A DNA stretch of 64,000 nucleotides from positions 64,001 through 128,000 of the forward strand of contig JBHLOY010000004.1 in the NCBI GenBank assembly GCA_048939995.1, written 5' to 3'. The notes beneath the pieces were generated by a model. That model saw nothing but the letters and a program-made list of their open reading frames with translations, did no database searches and had not been told where the DNA came from. Of this stretch, positions 37,879 to 46,991 are shown one piece after another; the stretch's first letter is position 1, and every line of letters starts with the position of its first letter. The DNA comes from Promethearchaeota archaeon. GTDB taxonomy: Archaea > Asgardarchaeota > Lokiarchaeia > Sigyniarchaeales > SOKP01. Position numbers and translations under genes: made by a program.

Positions 37879-39096
37879 CTAAAATTCTCCGAATTCCTCA
37901 GCCCATTGTTGATATTTTTTCAATTCAGATTTAGTTGTCATTGGTTTTATTTTCTTAATTGTTTTCAAAAAATCTTTTAGGTTTATATCTCTCACAACTA
38001 CTTCTTTATCTGGATCTTCTAATAATCCTCCCATATCTAATTCCCTTACAGGAATCATAATTACTTCACGACATATATTAGATATGTCCCGGCCTGAGTA
38101 GCTGTCAGTACGAACAGCTAATTCAATATAATCTTCTTCTGTTAAGGCTGAATTTACTCCTGAAGTATGAATTTTAAAGATCCCTACTCTTGCCGCTTGA
38201 TCTGGAAGTGGGACATATACCTTCTTTTCAAATCTACTTAACATTGCTATATCTATATCCCATGGTCGGTTGGTAGCTCCCAGTACGAGCATTGGTCTAT
38301 CATGAGTTGATTTAACTCCTTGAATTTCTTGTAATAGCTGTGTTTTAACTCTTCTTTCACCCCCGCCTTCATGACCACTACCTCTAGTTGTGGCTACAGA
38401 ATCGATTTCATCCATAAAAATCAGACTTGGGGCTCTAGCACGAGCTAATTTGAATAGAGACGAGATTAATTTTTCGCTTTCGCCTAACCATTTACTTAAT
38501 AAGTCTGCAGATGAAACACTGAAAAAAGTTGCCTTGCATTCAGTAGCTGCAGCTTTTGCTAATAAAGTTTTTCCACACCCGGGGGGTCCAAATAGTAAAA
38601 TTCCTGACCATGGCTTTCTAGCGCCTGTAAATAAGTCAGGTTTCATGATTGGCAATACTATCGCTTCTCTTACTGCTTGTTTACAATCACCCAAGCCTGC
38701 AATTTCATTCCATTTAACATTAGGAGATTCTGTCAAGATTGTATCCGAAATTGAATCCATTAATTCTTGCTCTTCAGTGGATAAACCTCCAATTTCCGGT
38801 TTTGGTTCTCCTTCATTTGGTTCGCTGGGAGTTGATTTTGGACGAGATCTCCGAACTCGTGGACCACTTAGATGTTCTTTAAGAACTTGACCTCTAGTCA
38901 TATACTGTTCTATCTGATCTTTACATCTTCTTATCATTATTGGATTTTTATTGTATTTAATAAATTGAATAAGTATCTCCGCTGCTCTAAAATACTTATT
39001 CATTGCTTGGTGGAGATGACCTTTTTGGTCTAATTCAATTGCTTTATTTGCTTCCTCAACAGCATACTGATATAGTTTCGACTCAACTGACGAGAT
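37879..39096 (-). CDS. vps4: Vps4 AAA+ ATPase with N-terminal MIT domain
   Basis: PNVKWNEIAGL, Walker A GPPGCGKT, SKWLGESEK, Walker B FMDEID and ATNRPW. MIT helix 1 (YQYAVEEANKAIELDQKG) lies upstream of the track ATG (39003), giving a probable ATC start at 39096. Confidence 0.95.
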   Translation of the reverse strand: MSSVESKLYQYAVEEANKAIELDQKGHLHQAMNKYFRAAEILIQFIKYNKNPIMIRRCKDQIEQYMTRGQVLKEHLSGPRVRRSRPKSTPSEPNEGEPKPEIGGLSTEEQELMDSISDTILTESPNVKWNEIAGLGDCKQAVREAIVLPIMKPDLFTGARKPWSGILLFGPPGCGKTLLAKAAATECKATFFSVSSADLLSKWLGESEKLISSLFKLARARAPSLIFMDEIDSVATTRGSGHEGGGERRVKTQLLQEIQGVKSTHDRPMLVLGATNRPWDIDIAMLSRFEKKVYVPLPDQAARVGIFKIHTSGVNSALTEEDYIELAVRTDSYSGRDISNICREVIMIPVRELDMGGLLEDPDKEVVVRDINLKDFLKTIKKIKPMTTKSELKKYQQWAEEFGEF

Positions 39097-39354
39097 AATA
39101 AAAACCTCTTATTTTTAGCTTATTTTATTTTATAATATTTCAATTGTTATTTAAATTAATCTAATACCAATCTTCACTTATATTAAATATTAAATAAAAG
39201 CTATTTCAAATTTTCTTTTTCCTACAATATCAAGATATCTCCTTAACATATATTATTTTACTCAAATAACAATCGTAATTATTGGTCTACAAAAAATTAT
39301 ATAATCTCGAATTTTTTTATATAATATAAAATAACGAAAATTTGTTGAATCAAA

Positions 39355-39981
39355 ATGGGTTTTCTTAAAGATTTAAGTGGTTGGCTTTCTGGTGGAAGGA
39401 AAAAGGACACTGTACGCTCTGCAACAGTTAAATTAAAAGTTTTTAATAAACGATTAATGAGACAAACTAAAAAAATGGAAATGTCAGCGAAACTAGCAAG
39501 AGATAAAGCTGTCAAGCTTCGAAAGGAAGGTGATATGCAAGGATCAGAATTCCATGCTCGTAACTTTCTCCAAGTAAAAAAACAGAGCCGTGCAATAGAC
39601 CTCTTCCGAACAAACCTCGAAGGGATGGTCTTTAAATTAGAACAAGCTAGTGCGGTAAAAGACGTAGCTGAAATTATGCGAGGAATTGCGATGAGTCTTG
39701 GTGCGCTAAAAAATTCATTATCTATCCCACAAATTACAGAACTAATGACTCAAATTGGAGTAGATATTGAAGATTTTAACGTAACAGAAGAAATTACATC
39801 TGACGGAATAAATGATATGATGGTTGATACCGCTGTAACTGATAGTGATGTAAAAGAAGTGTTAGGTGAGATCGATGCGGAGATTGGAGCAGAAATTGGT
39901 GGAGCCTTACCTTCTGTAGAACCTGACGGAAAAATTAAGGAATTAGAAGAAGAACTTAATAAGTTAAAGTCAAGAGATTAA
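39355..39981 (+). CDS. ESCRT-III Vps2/24/46-like (Snf7 domain) protein
   Basis: Amphipathic MGFLKDLSGWL N-terminus, basic helical hairpin, acidic C-half and C-terminal MIM1-like ELEEELNKLK; divergent from vps4. Confidence 0.92.
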   Translation: MGFLKDLSGWLSGGRKKDTVRSATVKLKVFNKRLMRQTKKMEMSAKLARDKAVKLRKEGDMQGSEFHARNFLQVKKQSRAIDLFRTNLEGMVFKLEQASAVKDVAEIMRGIAMSLGALKNSLSIPQITELMTQIGVDIEDFNVTEEITSDGINDMMVDTAVTDSDVKEVLGEIDAEIGAEIGGALPSVEPDGKIKELEEELNKLKSRD

Positions 39982-40081
39982 ACTCAACCTTTTTCTTAAA
40001 AATTTTGAAGTAAAATTATTTAAGATAAAACGTTATCTTTAATTTATTCTTTAAGTCAATTTTTAAATCATCGTGGTTTTA

Positions 40082-41101
40082 ATGGAAAATAATTTTGATT
40101 TGATTTCTATTGGTAGTTGCACTCTTGATTGTATAATATCTGTTAAAGATATTCTTAGATTTGAGCTATTTGAAAATGAATCAGTTAAAAAATATACAGC
40201 CATCGAATATAGTCGCAAATTAAATATTGATAATGTAACATTTGTTCCAGGAGGTTCTGGTGCTAATATTGCTTCAAATTGTGCGATGTTAGGGTTAAAA
40301 TCAACTTATATAGGAGTCATTGGTAATGATTTCTCGGCAAAAATATGTTTAGACGATTTAAAGGAGAGAGGTGTAGATACCTCCAATATAAAACAAACAG
40401 ATGAAGATAATACAGCATTTTCAGTAATTTTGAAAACCGAGTGGGGAAAAGATAGAAGTATTTTAGCTTTTAAGGGGGCTAATAATTTACTTTCTCCGAA
40501 GGAAGTAAAAGAAGAATTATTTAAAGGGATTAAAGCTTTTGCTTGGACTTCTTTAACATCTGAAAATGGATGTCAAGCCATTGAGAAGGCAATAAACTTT
40601 ACAAAAGAAAATGGGGGTATAGTATTTGGTGCACCAAGTATGTCAATCATTAAGAATAATCCTAAATGGGCAAAAAAATTGATAAATAAATCTGATGTCA
40701 TTTCCATGAACGCGGAAGAAGCAAAGGAATTTACGGCCGAATCTGATAATTACTATAGCATCAGAAAGATCTATGAATTGGGTCCAAAATTAGTTTCAAT
40801 TACAGATGGAGCAAATGGTTCGTTGTTAACTGATGGAAAGAAATTAATCAAAAGTTCAATCTATAACGTTGATGTAAAGGATACTACTGGCGCTGGAGAT
40901 GCTTTTTTAAGCGGAGTATTGGTCTCTAAACTAAATCAATTTCCCTTAGACCATACAATTAAACTAGCAACGGCACTTTCTTCATTAGAATGCATGGAGG
41001 TTGGAGTTCGAGAAGGAATTCCTAATAATATACAAGAAGTAGAAGAATTTGCATCTTCCCATCAATTGACTCAAATAATTTCAGAATTTTCAAAATTTTA
41101 G
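40082..41101 (+). CDS. PfkB/ribokinase-family carbohydrate kinase
   Basis: PGGSGANIA, NAEEA, TDGANGS and DTTGAGDAF motifs. Confidence 0.93.
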   Translation: MENNFDLISIGSCTLDCIISVKDILRFELFENESVKKYTAIEYSRKLNIDNVTFVPGGSGANIASNCAMLGLKSTYIGVIGNDFSAKICLDDLKERGVDTSNIKQTDEDNTAFSVILKTEWGKDRSILAFKGANNLLSPKEVKEELFKGIKAFAWTSLTSENGCQAIEKAINFTKENGGIVFGAPSMSIIKNNPKWAKKLINKSDVISMNAEEAKEFTAESDNYYSIRKIYELGPKLVSITDGANGSLLTDGKKLIKSSIYNVDVKDTTGAGDAFLSGVLVSKLNQFPLDHTIKLATALSSLECMEVGVREGIPNNIQEVEEFASSHQLTQIISEFSKF

Positions 41102-41240
41102 ATCACTAATTTTAATTTTAATTCAATATATTCTTTATTTTTAAATCTATGGAATAGTTAATTCTTATATTATAAATTTAGTATACTGTTGATAAGAAAT
41201 ATAAATTATCCATGCGAATAATTCGTCTCAATTTTTAAAA

Positions 41241-41765
41241 ATGGAAGATACCAAGTATAAAGTATGTATATTTGGAGATGCAGCAGTAGGGAAAACTACA
41301 CTAACACACAGATATCTTTCCGGTGTTTTTAAAGAATCCTACAAATTAACTATAGGTATGGATTTTTATGTAAAGAAGCTTGAATTTAATGGCAATAAGA
41401 TTACTCTTCACATATGGGATTTTGCAGGAGAAGAGAAGTTTAGATTTTTATTACCCAGTACCGTAGTTGGTGCACATGGAACTATCTTCATGTATGATAT
41501 CACACGATATAATACGTTAAACAATTTAACAGACTGGCTTTCAGTATATGATAATTCTATGAGTTTGCTAACTCATAATCAAATTGTGCCTAAGATCTTG
41601 ATAGGTAGTAAATTAGATCTCAAAGAGAATAGGACAGTCTCTCAAGAAGAAGCTTATAATTTTGCTAAAGAAAAAAATTTCTTAGAATATTTAGAATGTT
41701 CTTCTAAAACTGGAGAAAATGTAGATCTAATATTTGAGAAAATTAGTCAGATTATGGTGAAATAA
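41241..41765 (+). CDS. Rab-like small GTPase
   Basis: GDAAVGKT, TIGMDF, IWDFAGEEKF, YDIT, SKLD and CSSKTG motifs; no C-terminal prenylation cysteines. Confidence 0.95.
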   Translation: MEDTKYKVCIFGDAAVGKTTLTHRYLSGVFKESYKLTIGMDFYVKKLEFNGNKITLHIWDFAGEEKFRFLLPSTVVGAHGTIFMYDITRYNTLNNLTDWLSVYDNSMSLLTHNQIVPKILIGSKLDLKENRTVSQEEAYNFAKEKNFLEYLECSSKTGENVDLIFEKISQIMVK

Positions 41766-41767
41766 AT

Positions 41768-42631
41768 ATGAAGAATAGTAAATATAAGCGTGCACTATTG
41801 TTCTTTTTGGTTTATTGTTTATTTTGGATCGGAATATCTATAGCGTTATCTTTAATTATTGGAAGGAGTGACGATCTAACTAAATTAATTCCTATTTCTG
41901 ATATGGGATTAGAAACAGCTTTACTTTCTATCCTCCTATTGCCAATTTCTTCACTACTAGGCTTATTTGTAGGGGGATATGCAATTTCACCCCTTTTCCT
42001 CTATATTCACAAAAAAATCTTTAAATCTAAAATGGAATATGGGATTTATGATAAGCCAGAATTCCCTAAATTTAAATATTTCTCTTCTGGTTTATTCTCT
42101 GCATTAATGGCTATAAATTTTTCACTATTCTTATTAACACCTGAAATTGTAACCTTTTCAAGAGGAAATATTCCTACAAGTCAGGCAGATTATGCCACCA
42201 CTTTTGTTGTATTATTAGTAATAACTTTTTTTCTAGCGACAATACTTTTCGCTACTACTTGGTTTTTAAGCGATTCAGGTATACTGTATTCAAATAAAAA
42301 TGCGTTAGATAAGACTCCAAATCCCCCAGAAGTGCGTTCGATAGGACGTTGGTATGGACAATTTCTAAAAGGTTATGCTGGAGTTTCAGTTGTATTTTCT
42401 TATTTTGAATTTATTACTATATTTTTAGTTGAAACTGCGAGTCTAACAAGTTTATTTTCTATTTTATTAGCAATTTTCATTCCATTCCCTTTTTTTATGG
42501 TCCTCCCTTTTATTCCAACATTAATAGTCTCAGATTTACTAAAAAACCATCGAACTGAATATATTAGAAGATATGCAAGCAAGTTAGGTATAATAAAATC
42601 CGTTGAAATAACTTTTGAATTAAGAGATTAA
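41768..42631 (+). CDS. Multipass hypothetical membrane protein
   Basis: About 6 TM helices; starts 2 nt after the GTPase stop. Confidence 0.8.
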   Translation: MKNSKYKRALLFFLVYCLFWIGISIALSLIIGRSDDLTKLIPISDMGLETALLSILLLPISSLLGLFVGGYAISPLFLYIHKKIFKSKMEYGIYDKPEFPKFKYFSSGLFSALMAINFSLFLLTPEIVTFSRGNIPTSQADYATTFVVLLVITFFLATILFATTWFLSDSGILYSNKNALDKTPNPPEVRSIGRWYGQFLKGYAGVSVVFSYFEFITIFLVETASLTSLFSILLAIFIPFPFFMVLPFIPTLIVSDLLKNHRTEYIRRYASKLGIIKSVEITFELRD

Positions 42632-42700
42632 CCAAACATTAATTTTTTCTTTAATATATTATAGAATAAAAATTGAAAAAAAATTTCTAATGAAAAAGTA

Positions 42701-44194
42701 TTATATATGAATAATTGGTTTCTTAATTTTCATCTTTTTACTTTCTTTTAAAATTGAGTGTCGATTTTCTATAAATGCGGTAATAAAAGACTTTCCTACT
42801 AATTGAGTGCATTTTATTATAAACTCTTCCTTTTCAATCTCGTTCTCGTTATATTGAGTAAGAATACTTACTATTTTCTTGAAATCAATACTAAGATTTT
42901 TCCTTAGAAATTTTTCGATATCTCCTATTTGATCTAATAATGATACTAATTGTTCTGAATAATCTCGAATGAGTTCATTTGTGCTTTTTAATTCGATTAA
43001 TTTCATGTTTATATCCTTTAAGATTTCGTTTAAAACCCACTCTCTTCTTCCCTCCGCCTTAATAAATACTTTATTTAAATTTTCTGAAATTCTTTGGATT
43101 TTAATATTTAAAGAAATATCTTCAGAATCATCCTTTAATTCAGCAAAACCATATAAATGATTTAAGCCCTTATCACTGATTAAAGGATCTGATCTTTTTT
43201 TTACTTTTTTTTTAGGAGTTTGGATATCTTTCAATCCCGGAACGAAAAAATTATTTTCCTGCAAAATCAACCCCATTTTTAACCCTAAATCTTTTGAAGT
43301 TATATCAGTATCAAAAATTAACGACTTTTCTGTTGTTTCTGGATTTAATTCTTTGAAATCTGTTTCCGTAATCCACTTTGGAACTAAAAATTTAGTAAAT
43401 TCTCTTAGAGGTTCAATTTCTAACTTTTTTAATATCATTTGATAAATATCTTCAATCGTGGTATATGGATCACTTTCTTTAAATTGTATCCCTAGTTTAG
43501 TCGATAATAAGGCAGGAATATCATTTGGTTCAACAAATATAGGAATTAATTTCTTACCCAATTTTAAAGCTGAACGCCACTCCATTTTAACAGCTTCAGA
43601 GTAGAGTGAATTTTTTGAACAAAATAAAAGAACGACTTTACATTGTTTTAAATTATCATCCATATACTGATATATATCATCATGCATATCTGCTTCCCAA
43701 TATAATATTTCTTTAATTTCTGGATAACTAGATAATACTCGCGTGATTTTGGGGATTTGAAAAAAATCTGAATCTACTGTTGCATAACTGATAAAAATTA
43801 ATTCTCTATCAATTGGAAAAGATTTAATAAGTGCCGGCGCTCTGATGTGCTTAATCAATTTCTTCTTCCTTCTACTAAAAAATATAGAAAGCACTGTAAC
43901 TAATAAAACACTTAAAGGTTCGAAAAAAATATAGAAAATTATAGAGTAATATGACATTGGGGCCATGTAAGAAATATTGAGGTAAAAAATAAGCATAGCT
44001 AATAGTGGAATACCATAAAATAACAAAGGAATTATTATATATGCTACAAAGAAAACTATCCATGTAATTAAAATAGTATACTTATATTTCTGTTTAATTG
44101 AATTGATGACCATCAATATAATAAAAACTATAAAAGCATAATGAATGAGATCGAATGGAGAAACTGCAAAATCGGGAGTATATTGAAATATCAT
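42701..44194 (-). CDS. Membrane-anchored TIR-domain protein with a putative coatomer/adaptin appendage-platform C-terminal domain
   Basis: Three N-terminal TM helices; TIR motifs IFISYA..D, CKVVLLFCSKNS..S..V..EW..A and LIPIF. C-terminal similarity is judged by eye. Confidence 0.8.
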   Translation of the reverse strand: MIFQYTPDFAVSPFDLIHYAFIVFIILMVINSIKQKYKYTILITWIVFFVAYIIIPLLFYGIPLLAMLIFYLNISYMAPMSYYSIIFYIFFEPLSVLLVTVLSIFFSRRKKKLIKHIRAPALIKSFPIDRELIFISYATVDSDFFQIPKITRVLSSYPEIKEILYWEADMHDDIYQYMDDNLKQCKVVLLFCSKNSLYSEAVKMEWRSALKLGKKLIPIFVEPNDIPALLSTKLGIQFKESDPYTTIEDIYQMILKKLEIEPLREFTKFLVPKWITETDFKELNPETTEKSLIFDTDITSKDLGLKMGLILQENNFFVPGLKDIQTPKKKVKKRSDPLISDKGLNHLYGFAELKDDSEDISLNIKIQRISENLNKVFIKAEGRREWVLNEILKDINMKLIELKSTNELIRDYSEQLVSLLDQIGDIEKFLRKNLSIDFKKIVSILTQYNENEIEKEEFIIKCTQLVGKSFITAFIENRHSILKESKKMKIKKPIIHI

Positions 44195-44376
44195 GGTTTA
44201 AACCCTTATAAAGTTAATTTTTTGTTATATAACCTCTTATCATTAATTACTATAAATGCCTTGGTGCAATAATTGCATGTTTTTTCAAAAGTCCGAATTT
44301 AAAGGTATCTTGAAATTTTATTAAATTTTCAATAGATTTTAATTTGTTAATATATTAGAAATTACATACGGAAAAA

Positions 44377-44467
44377 GCGTCGTTAGTATAGTGGTAGAAT
44401 TCGCGCCTGCCATTTTATATTTAAAAGCAGAACGCGCGGGACCCGGGTTCAAATCCCGGACGACGCA
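44377..44467 (+). tRNA. tRNA-Gly(GCC) with 20-nt canonical (37/38) intron at 44413-44432
   Basis: Acceptor stem GCGTCGT/ACGACGC, anticodon stem CGCGC/GCGCG with loop CTGCCA, T-loop GTTCAAATC, BHB helix CTGC/GCAG. Confidence 0.95.
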
Positions 44468-44537
44468 TTTTCATGCTTAAATTAGTCTGTTTTCTATACG
44501 GTTATTTTCTATTTTGTTGAAATTTTCGTGAAATGTC

Positions 44538-44566
44538 TGTTTCACGTGAAAATTTAATTTTATAAA
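44538..44566 (+). promoter_or_regulatory. Palindromic operator-like site (TTTCACGTGAAA) next to a TATA box (TTTATAAA) upstream of the enoyl-CoA hydratase gene
   Basis: Perfect 12-bp palindrome at 44540-44551; TATA box at 44559-44566, about 25 nt before the ATG at 44589. Confidence 0.45.
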
Positions 44567-44588
44567 TATTGTAGTTGAATCCATAATT

Positions 44589-45422
44589 ATGGAATTTAAA
44601 CAATTAATATACCAAGAAAAAGAGAAAACGGCTTGGATAACATTAAATAGACCAGAAGTGATGAATGCTTTAAGCATGCAACTTTCGGATGAACTAGTAT
44701 TAGCAATTGAGGAGGTTCGAAGATCTACAAAACTAAAATTTCTTGTCATAAAAGGGGCGGGAAATAATTTTTGTGTAGGAGATGATATCAAAGAAATGAT
44801 GCAATGGGGGGATGCTAATGATATCATGCGAAGGGCAAGATATTATCAAAATATGGCTAATCAATTGGAGGAATTGGACAAAATAACAATTGCAGCTGTT
44901 GATGGCTATGCTGTGGGTGGTGGATTAGAAATTACAATGGTCTGTGATTTCGTAATAGCTACTGAAAGGGCTAAGTGGGGTATGCCCGAAGTGGATGTGG
45001 GTATAACTCCTGGATGGGGTGGAACAACTCGATTATCACGCCTTATTGGAAGACGTAGAGCCAAAGAAATAAATTTTATTGGAGCGATGCATTCTGCTCA
45101 GAGGGCAGTAGATTGGACTTTATGGAATCGCGTTGTACCTAATAATCAACTTGATTCAGAGGTTGAGAATTTACTTAAAGTGTTGCAATCTAAAAACCAA
45201 CAAGGTTTACGTCAGTTAAAGTTTATTATTAACCGTGGAGTTGAATGCGATTTATATACCGCCCAAGGTTTTGAAGCTCTCTCAGGTGCACTTATAGGGG
45301 CAATAAATGGAATGTGGAAAGTTAAAGATGGTGACCAAGGCGTAGGTATATTAGGATTCTCTGAAAAAAATGAATTATGGAGAAAAAGAAGAAGCTTAGC
45401 TCTTAACTTCTGGTCGGATTAA
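44589..45422 (+). CDS. Enoyl-CoA hydratase/isomerase (crotonase) family protein
   Basis: ITLNRPE.MNA, FCVGDD, AVGGGLE and PEVDVGITPGWGG motifs. Confidence 0.93.
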   Translation: MEFKQLIYQEKEKTAWITLNRPEVMNALSMQLSDELVLAIEEVRRSTKLKFLVIKGAGNNFCVGDDIKEMMQWGDANDIMRRARYYQNMANQLEELDKITIAAVDGYAVGGGLEITMVCDFVIATERAKWGMPEVDVGITPGWGGTTRLSRLIGRRRAKEINFIGAMHSAQRAVDWTLWNRVVPNNQLDSEVENLLKVLQSKNQQGLRQLKFIINRGVECDLYTAQGFEALSGALIGAINGMWKVKDGDQGVGILGFSEKNELWRKRRSLALNFWSD

Positions 45423-45497
45423 ATTATTCTTTAGAATTAAGTGAAAAGTATTACTGAGTATATGAGTTCATTTTACATTAAATTTATTACCATGAAT

Positions 45498-46340
45498 TTA
45501 TAAGGTTCCAAGAAAATTGGAAATACCTGATGTTTTTGGAATTTGTACCTCAAAATAATTTTCTACAATTTCATAAAGAAAATCCAAATACGGTATAGCT
45601 ATCTTTATATTATGTTTCTTCTCTAACTCAGTAATTAACTTCTTAGAATAGAGTCTTTCATTTTCTTTCAGGTTATGAATGAATTCTACAATCGTTTTTG
45701 AGAGCTGAAATGCCTTTTGAATTTCATTCTTCAAAATGATCAAGCTTGTCATTGGATCATATTCATTTAAAAACTTTTGAATTATCGTTTTCTCGACATT
45801 TATTTTCTTAGTTTGGAGCTTACCTTCAAAATCGGTAATAATTTCTCGACCTTTAAAGGCAAAATGATTGCCATATGAGCTCTTATCATATTGAGCCTCA
45901 CTAATTAAAATTAAATCTATACCAAAAGAATTTTCAGTAAGATAATGAAAAAAATTTGAAATTTGATTAAATAAATATTGTTGATTAGAAATTAATACTA
46001 TTTTTTTTTTAAAGATCATAGCTTTTAGAACATAGCCCAATAAAGAGGCAGTTAAATTTAACTTAATCAAATCTATGTCAAATAGTTTTGATAATTCACT
46101 TTTTTTTTCAACAGTTTCTTCAGGCATAGTACTTGGAAGTTCAATTTGAAAATCTGCTATGAAAGCATCTCTAACAGCAAAATTTTTATCAACATATGCC
46201 ACAAAAGAATGTTCACAAACTATACCCTCAGCGACGTTTACAGCAAAAAGCCCTTTAGAAGCTTTTTTGACTTCATCATCTGAAACCTCAACAAAATTAC
46301 TTTTTGAACAAGCAGGACATCGAATTTGTATTTTAACCAT
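45498..46340 (-). CDS. Hypothetical protein with N-terminal zinc ribbon and possible DENN-like central region
   Basis: CPAC...CEHSF N-terminus; central 'MIFKKKIVLIS....L.....F..L'. Confidence 0.65.
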   Translation of the reverse strand: MVKIQIRCPACSKSNFVEVSDDEVKKASKGLFAVNVAEGIVCEHSFVAYVDKNFAVRDAFIADFQIELPSTMPEETVEKKSELSKLFDIDLIKLNLTASLLGYVLKAMIFKKKIVLISNQQYLFNQISNFFHYLTENSFGIDLILISEAQYDKSSYGNHFAFKGREIITDFEGKLQTKKINVEKTIIQKFLNEYDPMTSLIILKNEIQKAFQLSKTIVEFIHNLKENERLYSKKLITELEKKHNIKIAIPYLDFLYEIVENYFEVQIPKTSGISNFLGTL

Positions 46341-46476
46341 GATCCTAATTAGATATTTTTTTCTAGGGTTGATCTATCTAGTTCGTGAATTATTAATTTA
46401 TATACATAATAACTGTTTTGGTATTAAACTATTATGATCTCTTAATCCATATTATAATTTGCTAAAGAAAAACATA

Positions 46477-46956
46477 TTAGTATCTTTTCACTTTTCCAAA
46501 TCTTTTCTCAATAAGATTTGCTATAAGTAAGCAGACTAAAGTTGAAAAAATTTCAGCAACTAAAAATGCAAATAAATTACCTATATAGTAAAGTGTAGCA
46601 TAAAACGCAATAAAGAACAAAGGAGTAAAGATTATGTATATAATAAGCAATGGTTTAACAACAGGAAACTCTAATAGTCTCTTAATTACCGGAAAATCTA
46701 ATCGTGACTTTTGATATTGAGTTTTCAATTTCCTTCTTCGCTCCTCTTGAGCAAAAGCTTCAAAAATCATAGTGGTTCCAAAATATAATCCAATAATTGC
46801 TCCAAAAGGAACTAAAATTACAATTATATAATTTCCAACTCTTAATAAGTATTGAGCTATAAATATAAACAGAACCTGAAAAAGTCCACATCCCCCCAAA
46901 ATCATTAAGGCAAAATGTATATATTCCCTTGTTCTCCAACGAACTCTAATTGGCAT
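46477..46956 (-). CDS. Four-TM hypothetical membrane protein
   Basis: Two pairs of hydrophobic helices around a basic loop. Confidence 0.8.
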   Translation of the reverse strand: MPIRVRWRTREYIHFALMILGGCGLFQVLFIFIAQYLLRVGNYIIVILVPFGAIIGLYFGTTMIFEAFAQEERRRKLKTQYQKSRLDFPVIKRLLEFPVVKPLLIIYIIFTPLFFIAFYATLYYIGNLFAFLVAEIFSTLVCLLIANLIEKRFGKVKRY

Positions 46957-46991
46957 CTTTGTTTATCATTCCTTTATATTTACTTTAATAG

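Noticed and set aside
10078-44360. Recurring TATATTAGAA in several intergenic regions (about 10.08, 25.2, 31.53 and 44.35 kb)
   Set aside because: An AT-rich 10-mer overlapping TATA-like sequence that also occurs in coding DNA (about 42.56 kb); enrichment cannot be shown by eye.
44477-44827. 116-aa minus-strand ORF
   Set aside because: Mostly antisense to the enoyl-CoA hydratase gene and its promoter; no protein features.
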